From Bacteroidales bacterium (GTDB lineage Bacteria > Bacteroidota > Bacteroidia > Bacteroidales > UBA12077), in the NCBI GenBank assembly GCA_021740225.1, contig JAIPAF010000003.1, positions 1-37,330 on the forward strand: a stretch of DNA of 37,330 nt, given 5' to 3'. A model generated the notes under the pieces. It made no database searches. It saw only the letters and a list, made by a program, of their open reading frames with translations, and had not been told where the DNA came from. Both the position numbers and the translations under genes were made by a program. Shown piece by piece: positions 28,701 to 37,160 of this stretch (positions within the stretch are counted from its first letter, which is position 1; each line of letters begins with the position of its first letter).

Positions 28701-30514
28701 TTCGTGTGCGCCCGATTCTCATTACCGTGATCACCACAGTTATAGGAATGCTTCCACTGGCCATGGGACAGGGCGAATATGTAGGTAGCATTGGAGCTCC
28801 TTTTGCCATCACAGTGATTGGCGGGTTGCTGTTTTCCACCTTGTTCACACTGGTAATCATTCCCACCGCCTACTACGCAATGGAAACCACCCTTCGTTGG
28901 TTTGCTTCGCTTCCGCTTCACATCAAGATCATCAACTGGATGCTTTTGCCGGCAGGTATAGTGCTGGCCATCATAGAGGCGGATACCCTGCTGTGGCAAA
29001 TGGTTGGCGTGGTTGCCGTATTGACTGTTGTGCCTGCAACGACCTGGTTTTTCACCGAAAGCCTGCGTAAAGCATCAGCGGACGTAATCGACAGAAATAG
29101 TGACATCGTTATCCGTATCCGAAACCTGGTAAAAATCTATGACCGGCCTTCAAGACCCCTGCGTGAATGGCTGGGGAACAAGCATCTGAATGAACTCCTT
29201 GGTATGGGAGAAGAAAAACAAAATTCACGTCAGGAGCTGATATGGCAGATGCCGCTTCTGGGCTTCCTCGGATGGTTTGCCTGGTTTTATCAGTCGGGGG
29301 GATTTTGGACATACATCTTATCTGTGGCGTTATGGTTTTACTTAATTTTCCTGATTAAACGTCTCATTACCCTGTTTCCCTCATCCCGTGTTAAAAGATG
29401 GTTTTCCCGGCTGCATTGGATTGTTCTTCGGTTTTTCCCTCTTGTTATACTCGGAGTCTATCAAATCAAATTCACGAATACGGGAGCCACGGTTGTCTGG
29501 GGATTACTCACTTATTTCCTTCTGGGCATTTATCTTACTTCACAACACCTCAAGGAAAACCGGGTGAACACCGCCCGCATCAAAGGGCGTTTTGCCGGTC
29601 TGAAAAAACTATGGATAAACCTTGTGCGCGCCGTGCCGATGATCGGTCGTGAGCGAAAGCCTTTCAAAGCGCTGAAGAGTGTCTCGATGGATATCGGTCA
29701 TGGAATGTTTGGCCTGCTTGGCCCCAACGGAGCAGGCAAGACAACCCTGATGCGGATTATATGTGGTGTGCTGGAGCAGAGCTATGGGAAGATCACCATC
29801 AACGAGATCGATACCCTTGAAAAACGGGAAGAATTGCAGGGGTTGATCGGATATTTGCCCCAGGAATTCGGCATGTATGAAAATATGACCGCCAGGGATT
29901 ACCTGGATTACCAGGCCATACTCAAAGGTTTGCACAATCCGCAAACCCGTAAGGAAAGGGTGGACAATGTATTGCAGTCGGTTCACATGATTTCCAATGC
30001 CAATAAAAAGATCGGTTCGTTCTCAGGGGGTATGAAACAACGGATAGGAATTGCCCAGGTATTGCTGAACCTACCCCGTATACTGGTGGTGGATGAGCCA
30101 ACAGCCGGACTGGATCCCCGTGAACGCATCCGCTTCCGAAATCTTTTGGTAGAGCTGAGCAGTGAACGGGTAGTGATCTTCTCTACCCATATTATCGAAG
30201 ATATTGCCAGTTCGTGCAACCAACTGGCAGTGCTTGACAAAGGAAACCTGAAATATTACGGAAAACCGGCTGAGATGGCATCACTGGCAAAAAACAGGGT
30301 ATGGCAGTTTGATGTTCCGGCAGAACAATTTGAAGGGATAGCCCAGGATTTGAAAGTGGTTCATCATATAAGAAAAGGAGAAAATATCCGTGTGAGGGTA
30401 GTGAATCCCGACAAGCCGCATGAAAATGCCCAAAATGTTACTGCTGTGCTTGAAGACGCCTATATATGGCTCCTGAACTTCAGCGGAAAAAACAATACAA
30501 TTCAATCATCTTAA
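25799..30514 (+). CDS. RND permease fused to a C-terminal ABC ATP-binding domain
   Basis: aa 1 to about 1030 full RND (GMLLDNSVVVLENI, YMILASVFES, RVRPILIT); extra TM helices; then GPNGAGKTT, GYLPQ, FSGGM, VVDEPT, FSTH in the same uninterrupted 1571-aa ORF. Confidence 0.9.
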   Translation: MNKFVKRKILVSMLFLALVMLGIFSYRSMPVELFPSAETPVLYVQVNYRSQINPHFVEKDAIIPLEGIISEEEGVDELESNISQRRATIVVTFRQDVDINYAYLKLEQKIQEFQREHRENYMVNLVKVNTDMSSNQFMTIQARGEGDIDRIRNVVDQEILSDLVAVNGVGDATVQGGQERSVEVIFDEETCEALHITPGRINNRLNMYSNQRLYGGMVYDVGKRWIVNVSGELTSINELGDIILDDNGNVRLQDVATINMGKKERETISRVNGMEAVTITIYNDANVNDITLYHKLQDAIENINSEMASNRVELVIQSCEAETMEENMNQILSLALIGGLLAIFVLWIFLRNIRLVVVVALAIPISIFASINFLYAAGITINTLTLMGVALAIGMLLDNSVVVLENIYRLRTEGATPVGAASGGTRQVIRAVTAATLTTIAVFLPFAFSTEFFIKLLGNNVGFSIIFTLLVSLLVALIFIPMVVYQFLKARRKALTLHSINFRKPIIRGYLILLRFCLRHPAQVLFTMVLLFFAAVVISLSVSVNTLQEAETDSFRVSITMPGGTTLKTSDETVSNMEDDLGNIEEIDEVVSNIEAEEASMIIQLKEEFKKINDRSVAQIKDDVLNRLDVYNNVHVSITDMTSSDDSNFNIGGGASDFLSFMGVGQQTEEVLIKGSNYEDMVLVGENVEYILSEESDNVTSARLQISREQPEVRVLFDQRLMEALNIDYTSVQQEMNAFSRQLESGMTFKQGDEEYDITIRSKQAEENQKEQKGMEDLRHLLIDADNDSVVSSHHLMDFSSLRYSEGIASIHRQNREKSISVNYRFSSEINEDNDLLESARAEVDELISGLYVPPGVAVEVQHEQDQYGEFKMLILAAFILIYMILASVFESFSTPFVLLFSIPLAAIGSLMGLILTGNSLLNANTLIGFLILLGVVVNNGIILIDFVQNMRFNGARIARAVISAGLLRVRPILITVITTVIGMLPLAMGQGEYVGSIGAPFAITVIGGLLFSTLFTLVIIPTAYYAMETTLRWFASLPLHIKIINWMLLPAGIVLAIIEADTLLWQMVGVVAVLTVVPATTWFFTESLRKASADVIDRNSDIVIRIRNLVKIYDRPSRPLREWLGNKHLNELLGMGEEKQNSRQELIWQMPLLGFLGWFAWFYQSGGFWTYILSVALWFYLIFLIKRLITLFPSSRVKRWFSRLHWIVLRFFPLVILGVYQIKFTNTGATVVWGLLTYFLLGIYLTSQHLKENRVNTARIKGRFAGLKKLWINLVRAVPMIGRERKPFKALKSVSMDIGHGMFGLLGPNGAGKTTLMRIICGVLEQSYGKITINEIDTLEKREELQGLIGYLPQEFGMYENMTARDYLDYQAILKGLHNPQTRKERVDNVLQSVHMISNANKKIGSFSGGMKQRIGIAQVLLNLPRILVVDEPTAGLDPRERIRFRNLLVELSSERVVIFSTHIIEDIASSCNQLAVLDKGNLKYYGKPAEMASLAKNRVWQFDVPAEQFEGIAQDLKVVHHIRKGENIRVRVVNPDKPHENAQNVTAVLEDAYIWLLNFSGKNNTIQSS

Positions 30515-30540
30515 AACAAGGAGGAAATTTTCAAACCAGT

Positions 30541-31254
30541 ATGGTAAAACTGATAAAACATTGGCTTATCAACTCCGTGCAAATCACCCGGCACAACCTG
30601 AAAATCATATTCGGGGATAAATTTCCCTTCTTCCTGTTGGGGGCATTTGCCATATTCATCTTCATCGTGTTAATCAATTTGTTCGGGGGTGATCCGTTCA
30701 CCAGTGAATCGGTTTATTCACTGCTGGTCTTTGAAGGGATCATCATCGTATTTTTCCCCACCATCTATGCGGTACAGACGGATATTGACAAACGGACCAT
30801 AGAGATTCTTTTCGGCATTCCCGATTACCGTTATAAAGTATGGCTAGTACGCCTTCTGATCGCCTTCATCGTATGCTGGGTTCTTCTGGCGGTACTGGCC
30901 CTGATGTGCTATTTCGCACTGGTCAGTTTTCCCGTGGGCACCATGATCTATTATGTCATCTTTCCGGTTTTTGCCCTGGGAAGCCTGGGATTCCTCATTG
31001 CAACCCTGGTAAAAAACGGAAACAGCGCTGCGGTTGTAGCTATAATCATTGGTTTGGGCTTATGGGTATTATCCGAGGCATTGGTAGATAGTCAGTGGAA
31101 CGTCTTTCTCAACCCGTTTGATGAGGCCGATATGGCCGGACAAATATGGGAAGCTACCATAAGGAAGAACCGCCTGTTCCTTTTCGTTGCCGGAGTGGTA
31201 TTTCTTGTGGGTGGTTTACTAGGTCTCCAGAACCGGGAAGGGTTTATGCAGTAA
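30541..31254 (+). CDS. ABC-2-type transporter permease
   Basis: About 6 hydrophobic helices; D.D.RTIEILFGIPDYRYKVW..RL loop typical of ABC-2 TMDs. Start ATG 30541 preferred over 30466, which overlaps the upstream gene. Confidence 0.7.
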   Translation: MVKLIKHWLINSVQITRHNLKIIFGDKFPFFLLGAFAIFIFIVLINLFGGDPFTSESVYSLLVFEGIIIVFFPTIYAVQTDIDKRTIEILFGIPDYRYKVWLVRLLIAFIVCWVLLAVLALMCYFALVSFPVGTMIYYVIFPVFALGSLGFLIATLVKNGNSAAVVAIIIGLGLWVLSEALVDSQWNVFLNPFDEADMAGQIWEATIRKNRLFLFVAGVVFLVGGLLGLQNREGFMQ

Positions 31255-31268
31255 AATTGTTTGAAAAG

Positions 31269-31420
31269 AGTTTGAGGGTTTGACAGAAGTTTGAGGGTTG
31301 AGCCATTGATGGTTATTTATTGTCATTGATGGTCATTAAGTACCCATTTGTTGCCATTCAGTGGTTAATTCGATGGTCATTCAGTGGTCATTCGATTGTA
31401 ATTCAGGAACATTGATTACC
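31269..31420 (+). repeat. Intergenic degenerate tandem repeats: AGTTTGAGGGTT x2, then about 10 units of 10-12 bp (GGTCATT-core)
   Basis: 12-mers at 31269-31280 and 31288-31299; then AGCCATTGAT GGTTATTTAT TGTCATTGAT GGTCATTAAG ... TGCCATTCAGT GGTTAATTCGAT GGTCATTCAGT GGTCATTCGAT TGTAATTCAGG. Confidence 0.75.
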
Positions 31421-31443
31421 ATCCGTCAAAAGCCGAACAAGTG

Positions 31444-31468
31444 TATGGTCATATATTTATGAACCATA
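31444..31468. terminator. Hairpin between convergent genes, possible terminator
   Basis: TATGGTCATA-TATT-TATGAACCATA (10-bp stem with 1-nt bulge); AT-rich and no clear U-tract. Confidence 0.3.
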
Positions 31469-31502
31469 TATCTTCAGGTCAAAAATCTGTCCGACCCATA
31501 GC

Positions 31503-33221
31503 CTACCTGGTTCTTATCTTAAAAGCGACATCCGGATGGATTTTTCTCATCTCCGGGACCTGGATTTTCAACTTTCCATTCCGGGAGCTTTCGGTGTAGG
31601 ATTGGATCTTTTTTCCACTCCAGGTATCATACCACACAACTGTATAGCTCTGATCTGTCAGTCCTTCAATAGTAAATTGGAATCCGCTGATGTCTTTACT
31701 TTGATAAGAACGACCCCATCCAAATGCGTTCTTTCCAGTTCCCATAACGTAAAGATCGACGCCATTTGCAGAAACTTTCAGAGGTCGGTAAGGCTTATTT
31801 GCCAAATCAATATCTGAAACAAAACCGGCAAGGATCTTAAGATGATCCCAGTCTTGCTCAGTTAATTCCGGGTAACTCCACCACACCGGAGTAGCCGCGA
31901 GGCCACTGGTCAGGCACGCCCATATCTGGTTGTGATAGGAAATGTGGTACCGCTCATCCTCTGGTTCAAAATAGGCAAGGCTGGCACCGGCTTCACCAAA
32001 AATGGCGGGTTTTTTGAAATTATCCCAGAACCTGCGGCTCGCCCAGGCATAATTATACATGGCACTGCGCAAGCTGTCGCCGGGATATTTTGCTTCCCAT
32101 CCTTGTTCAGGGTAAACATGAAGATTCGGAATATCAATCAAATGGTGCAATGTTTCCCGGTATTGTTTGAATCCTCCGCTAAAAGAGGCGGTAACCGGAT
32201 GGTTATAGGGATCGTGCTCTTCAAAGTATTCCTCACATTTCTTAACCCATTCGTAACATTCCCGGTGCCTTCCATGGGCCCATCCGTCGGTACCGTTCAT
32301 TTCATTGATCAGCTCCCAGATACCCATGCTGCGGCTATAAGCAAACCGGGCTATCATATACCGGTATTTTTGCTTCTGGTATTCCCATACCAGTGAATCA
32401 CTATAAACCTCCTCCACTTTAACAAGCTGGCTGTAGGGGTTATTTTCCCACTGCGATGCCCAAACGGTTTTGGAAAAAAGGTCGTGCGGCCAGATAGCAT
32501 ACATCAACTTGACATCCCTTTCTTCGAGAATCGATAGCAAAGAGTCGATCCGTCCTACCTTCTTCTGGTTGTACTTCCCCAGCACCTCCTCAATCAGGCC
32601 GGTACCGTTGAGAAATCCACCATAGGTAATGTCCCAGATGGCAAACAGGTTGGCATCGTGTTCGGCATACTTTTCAAACCGCTGCATATCATTCTTCCAG
32701 GGAGAATAAACCCCTGTGCCGTAGAAGGTTTTCCCGTCATCATAAGCAAAATAGTGCGGATTGACCTCTGAAGGCTTGATCCATCCATAATGTTTCGATT
32801 CAATGGCTGTGAATTTTGCTGAGGCCGATTCGCCCTTCTCTCCCTCATCTTCAACAAACAACTGATAAGTGTATTCACCCGTTTCGCCGGGTGAGAAACG
32901 GACTTTCCACTGTTCCCTGTCTCTGTAATTGTCGTAAAACCCGTTTATCCTTATCTCTTTCCCGGAAGGAGCCGTAAACAATGCATATGCATCAATGTCT
33001 GCAGGGTCATAGGGATTTTCAATCTCTACATTCCTGAGGTCGAATAAGATCTCGAATTTTTCATACTTTTTTACCCTGGTGGTATTGGTCCCGGCTATTT
33101 TAATTACCGGTGATCCTACTTTCCGTTCTCTACCTGTAATTCCCTTTCTTTCCGAAAAAGCTTGATTCAATGAAAACAAAATAACTACCATGATGAGGTA
33201 AAATGAGGTGAATTTTTTCAT
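31503..33221 (-). CDS. Secreted DUF5060-domain glycoside hydrolase (GH5-like, clan GH-A)
   Basis: Signal peptide; NPYDP.DID..A.F.APSG...I.GFY, W.VRFSP...GEY.Y (DUF5060-like); acid/base WELINE; nucleophile FGEAG; C-terminal WYDTWSG beta-domain. Confidence 0.75.
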   Translation of the reverse strand: MKKFTSFYLIMVVILFSLNQAFSERKGITGRERKVGSPVIKIAGTNTTRVKKYEKFEILFDLRNVEIENPYDPADIDAYALFTAPSGKEIRINGFYDNYRDREQWKVRFSPGETGEYTYQLFVEDEGEKGESASAKFTAIESKHYGWIKPSEVNPHYFAYDDGKTFYGTGVYSPWKNDMQRFEKYAEHDANLFAIWDITYGGFLNGTGLIEEVLGKYNQKKVGRIDSLLSILEERDVKLMYAIWPHDLFSKTVWASQWENNPYSQLVKVEEVYSDSLVWEYQKQKYRYMIARFAYSRSMGIWELINEMNGTDGWAHGRHRECYEWVKKCEEYFEEHDPYNHPVTASFSGGFKQYRETLHHLIDIPNLHVYPEQGWEAKYPGDSLRSAMYNYAWASRRFWDNFKKPAIFGEAGASLAYFEPEDERYHISYHNQIWACLTSGLAATPVWWSYPELTEQDWDHLKILAGFVSDIDLANKPYRPLKVSANGVDLYVMGTGKNAFGWGRSYQSKDISGFQFTIEGLTDQSYTVVWYDTWSGKKIQSYTESSRNGKLKIQVPEMRKIHPDVAFKIRTR

Positions 33222-33325
33222 AGAAAAGCGGTTTGTATGTTAATCCTGTTTTTAAAAGAAGAAAAAATCAGTATTTAGGTATATATTCCTTGTCACTTTT
33301 AATCTCAGCAGCTTAAATCTGCTAC

Positions 33326-34780
33326 TTATTCTTCAGTTCGTGTTGCATCATCCCAGTCGTCGGTTCTGAAAGATGAAGCTGGCAACAGATTGGTATCATA
33401 AAGCGTCCCGACTATCCAGTTGCGCCAGGCATAACGCACCGCCACGGGATCGGGTACCTTATCGCTTTTCACAAGTACCTCACTGCCGCCTACAATTTCG
33501 GCATCGGCCGGATAAAATACCTTATCTTCCCCTGCAATCTCAAATCCCTCCAAATCATCATATGCATAGAGCCCGTTCTCCGCATTGTCAAACTTTAAAA
33601 CAATAGCACTGTCTTTTACCTCATGCGACTTGTAGACCGGCGAGGCGCCGTCAACATTATCGTAACCATAAGTTTGACTCAGCGCATTAAACAGCAACCG
33701 TTCAGCCACCTCTTTCTTCTTCGGTGGGTGAATGCAATCAGGCTCCCCGATATCCATTGTAATGGCAATACCTGAATTGGGTATCAGATCCAGACACTGC
33801 AGTTGCACTTCCCGTATAAAAGCAGAATTTTCTGCGGTCGAAAACGCTTCGTTTCCTCCATACATGTAAGGGGCAATTTGCACATAATAAAACGGAAAAT
33901 CACCAATTCCCCAACGCGTGCGCCAGTCCTTTACCATTGCAGGAAACAGATCTTTATATTTTTGAGGCTCCAGGCGGTTGGATTCACCCTGATACCAGAG
34001 CGCTCCCTTTATCCGGTAAGGGATCAACGGATGAATCATCGAATTAAACAGGGCGGTCGGAATGTGATTGGTGTTTTCTGTAATATCAGTATCTTCAAGG
34101 TCAACCTCCTGGTACTCGCTCATCACTTCCTTGCTAATCCAGGCCTGAACAGAACTGCCGCCCCAGGAAGTATGAATCATTCCCACCGGAACATCTAAAA
34201 TCTGCTGTAACTGCCTGCCAAAGAAGTAAGCTACGGCGCTGAAACCCCAGACATTCTCCGGAGAAGCCTCTTGCCAAGCGGTATATTCTTTTACATCTTT
34301 TAAAGGCGTTTTCGAACCGACCCGGTCTACAGTAAAAAGCCGCAAATCACTATTTTTCGACTTAGCCGTCTCCATAACAGAGCCATAGGTGGGCTGACCG
34401 GTATAGCCCCTAAGGGGCTGCTGCATATTGGATTGGCCCGAGCACAGCCACACTTCCCCGAAAACTACATTCCACAGCTTAATGTTCGAATCCTTGCTCG
34501 TAATTTCAATGTTCTGAGGCTCCTGGCTGTTGGTTGTTTCTACCTGTACACGCCAGTTACCCTCCTCATCTGCTTCCACATCCAACGCCTTACTTATCCA
34601 GGAGGTTTCTATGGTGATTTTCTCATTCGCATCAGCCCACCCCCATAAGACGACGGTGGCATCGCGCTGTAAAACCATATTCGAAGACACGATAGCAGGA
34701 AGTTTTACTTCTGCCTGGATGGATTGCATACATAACAAAAAAAATGCTGCTATTACTGAAATTAAAGTTACTCTTTTCAT
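33326..34780 (-). CDS. Sialate O-acetylesterase family (SASA/SGNH) esterase
   Basis: Signal peptide from ATG 34780; GEVWLCSGQSNM, FSAVAYFFG, WGGS, WYQGESN, DCIHP, PVAVRYAW, LPASSFRTD. Confidence 0.92.
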   Translation of the reverse strand: MKRVTLISVIAAFFLLCMQSIQAEVKLPAIVSSNMVLQRDATVVLWGWADANEKITIETSWISKALDVEADEEGNWRVQVETTNSQEPQNIEITSKDSNIKLWNVVFGEVWLCSGQSNMQQPLRGYTGQPTYGSVMETAKSKNSDLRLFTVDRVGSKTPLKDVKEYTAWQEASPENVWGFSAVAYFFGRQLQQILDVPVGMIHTSWGGSSVQAWISKEVMSEYQEVDLEDTDITENTNHIPTALFNSMIHPLIPYRIKGALWYQGESNRLEPQKYKDLFPAMVKDWRTRWGIGDFPFYYVQIAPYMYGGNEAFSTAENSAFIREVQLQCLDLIPNSGIAITMDIGEPDCIHPPKKKEVAERLLFNALSQTYGYDNVDGASPVYKSHEVKDSAIVLKFDNAENGLYAYDDLEGFEIAGEDKVFYPADAEIVGGSEVLVKSDKVPDPVAVRYAWRNWIVGTLYDTNLLPASSFRTDDWDDATRTEE

Positions 34781-34915
34781 TTGCTGAAATTTAAAAATTA
34801 AAACTTCTGAAATATAAAAAAATTCTAAGAGAGTAAAAATTATTATATCACCCCCTTTCACCAGAATCCTGGGGACATCTTATCACAAGCATCTAACTCA
34901 GGTTTTTCTTTATAA

Positions 34916-36244
34916 CTATACTGCTTCCCTGATCAGATTATATTTCCCGGTTTTCGGATCGTTCGCAATATCGCTCACCACTTCAATCCGGTAGTCGAGA
35001 TTCAACATCTCTTTCTTCTTTAATATTTCCCTCAACCGCCCATCAATCTTTTTTATTACCTCATCTCTGCTAAATTGCTGTGAAATAACGGCTCTAAATA
35101 TAAAAGAGGTATTTCCTGTTCTGATAATCTGATATTTTTCCAGGCCCCTGACATAAAATTCTACAATAACGATCGGATGTATAAAATCAAAATCACCCCT
35201 TTGATTGATAAACCAAAGCAATTCCTCCTGACGCCCGATAATATGTTTGATTTTAGTAAACGGCCAGATCCCTCCTTCTCCCCGGGGAACCAAAATATCA
35301 TTCATCCGGTAGCGAATTAACGGCTGGGTATAATTATACAAATTGGTCAAAAGCATATGATCGTCCCGGAATTCAATATAATTCACATCATCGAACAGGT
35401 AAAATCCTTTTAGATCCTTGCGCTCAACTCCCAATATCAGTGATTCCGAGGCAGCATAATAGTTGATAAGTTCACATTCCCACACTTCATAGATGATTTC
35501 TTCCGTTTCAGGCGTAATGGGTTCTCCGCCACACACTACAGCCTGGGGGCTGACAAATAGCTTACCGTATTTTTGCAGCTCTGCCAGCATCCTGATACCG
35601 GTGGGATATCCCGTAATAACATCCGGATTGAGTCTGTTCAATGCATCGGTATATTGCTCAAGGGGATAATTAATGTCTAAAACAAGATAATCCCGGTAAA
35701 CAAATGCTTCCGGTGAATGAAGCGGACTTAAAAACAGGCAGACACCTGCATAATGGCCGTCAACCGCACCGATAAACACATATGATTTTGGTTTTAGACC
35801 AAAATGCGGAAATATCCGCAAAGCAATCGCTTTTATGAAATCCCATTCACGCCGGTTATAGAGAAAATACCCCACTTCCCCAGTGGTGCCGGAAGTATGT
35901 ATTACCCGGTATTTATTATATAAGGCTGTATCCGGAGCTGGAAAGGATTCCAGAAAATCTTCCACCCGCTCTTTTGTTAATTCGCCGGGAACAACCAAAT
36001 CATCAAAATGATCCATCATTACTTTTTTGTCAATTACAGGCAAATTATTGATATCAATATTTTCCAGAGTCTTGGAGTATATACCATGATCCGAATAATA
36101 TTCCCGGTAAAAATCGGAATGATGAAAGGCATATTTCAGCAGCCTGCGAAACTTGATTTCCCGTTGCCGTAAAATGGCACGGCGATCTCTATGTACATTA
36201 CGGTTAAGTTTGAAATTATAATACAAAATCCGGGATAAAGCCAT
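34916..36244 (-). CDS. Phenylacetate-CoA ligase / coenzyme F390 synthetase-like adenylate-forming enzyme
   Basis: LPVIDK...M..FD, HTSGTTG, GYP, GGEP, YAASE, TNLYNYTQPLIRY..ND, GRQEE, PKTGKY. Confidence 0.85.
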   Translation of the reverse strand: MALSRILYYNFKLNRNVHRDRRAILRQREIKFRRLLKYAFHHSDFYREYYSDHGIYSKTLENIDINNLPVIDKKVMMDHFDDLVVPGELTKERVEDFLESFPAPDTALYNKYRVIHTSGTTGEVGYFLYNRREWDFIKAIALRIFPHFGLKPKSYVFIGAVDGHYAGVCLFLSPLHSPEAFVYRDYLVLDINYPLEQYTDALNRLNPDVITGYPTGIRMLAELQKYGKLFVSPQAVVCGGEPITPETEEIIYEVWECELINYYAASESLILGVERKDLKGFYLFDDVNYIEFRDDHMLLTNLYNYTQPLIRYRMNDILVPRGEGGIWPFTKIKHIIGRQEELLWFINQRGDFDFIHPIVIVEFYVRGLEKYQIIRTGNTSFIFRAVISQQFSRDEVIKKIDGRLREILKKKEMLNLDYRIEVVSDIANDPKTGKYNLIREAV

Positions 36245-36419
36245 ACAAATAACCTTTTTGAATAAAACAATCTCCCCCGTTTTATATTTTAGACTCCGGT
36301 TAAAAAGGCTAACTTTCAGAGCTAACAGAAATTATTCTGCGTTACAAGAAAAAAAGGGCTGGGCTCTTGTCGCCGTAGATAGGATAGATCGGAGGGATCA
36401 CTTCGTACAGAAAATAAAA

Positions 36420-37160
36420 TCAAAAATTCCAAACAATGCCGGTAGAGGCAAAATTTATTAAAGTAAAACTATATACTTCATCAACATCAGCACCACCCTC
36501 CAATATCCTGTAGCCTGCCTTTACCGAAAGATTATCTGTTACAGGCACTTTGCCTCCCAGGAAAAAATCAAATGCTCTGCCCGGACCTCCTGCCAGTCCG
36601 TCACCTTTTAAAAAGGCTGACCATCGCTCAAAATCATAGGCTGCAAAGACATGCAGCAACGGAACAAATCCAAGATCGTCTTTTTTAACGCTTACATCAT
36701 CCGTACTTAATTGAACCCGGGCATCTCTGACTTTAGCAGTAAACCCGACCCCCAACGTCCACCTATCTGTCATCAGCACATCTCTTCTATAGGTAAGGCG
36801 GTAGCTATTAAACTTGTAGTATCCTTCAACAAATTGACCCCTGGAAAAGAGGGTATGCTGAAAATTGATGTCAAAAGGAGCCGAACCTTCATAATTTAAA
36901 CTCAAGGGAGCATACAGAGCAAGCAGATGATTCTTTTCCGCAAAGGTAAAGCCAACTGTAATGCGATAGGGAATTACCGGACCCTGAAGATCGAAATCTT
37001 TATTGAAATCAAACTTTGTGGCGGTTCGGCTATCATTAGGAATCCTAATATCATTATACTCCTGGAAGGCCAGACCGGTTTCAACATCCAGACTCAATTG
37101 ACCGAAAATCTGAATAGAAGAAACAAACAAAATAATAAATAATAAAATCAGCTTTTTCAT
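36420..37160 (-). CDS. Hypothetical outer membrane beta-barrel protein
   Basis: Signal peptide MKKLILLFIILFVSSIQIFGQ from ATG 37160; amphipathic strands (YKFNSYRLTYR, GYRILEGGAD); terminal W-x-F BAM-type signal. Confidence 0.7.
   Translation of the reverse strand: MKKLILLFIILFVSSIQIFGQLSLDVETGLAFQEYNDIRIPNDSRTATKFDFNKDFDLQGPVIPYRITVGFTFAEKNHLLALYAPLSLNYEGSAPFDINFQHTLFSRGQFVEGYYKFNSYRLTYRRDVLMTDRWTLGVGFTAKVRDARVQLSTDDVSVKKDDLGFVPLLHVFAAYDFERWSAFLKGDGLAGGPGRAFDFFLGGKVPVTDNLSVKAGYRILEGGADVDEVYSFTLINFASTGIVWNF

Noticed and set aside
30466-30540. N-terminal extension of the last permease, and likewise the track starts at 1865, 6773, 34861 and 37214
   Set aside because: Downstream ATGs fit better with signal peptides, promoter boxes or non-overlap with neighbours
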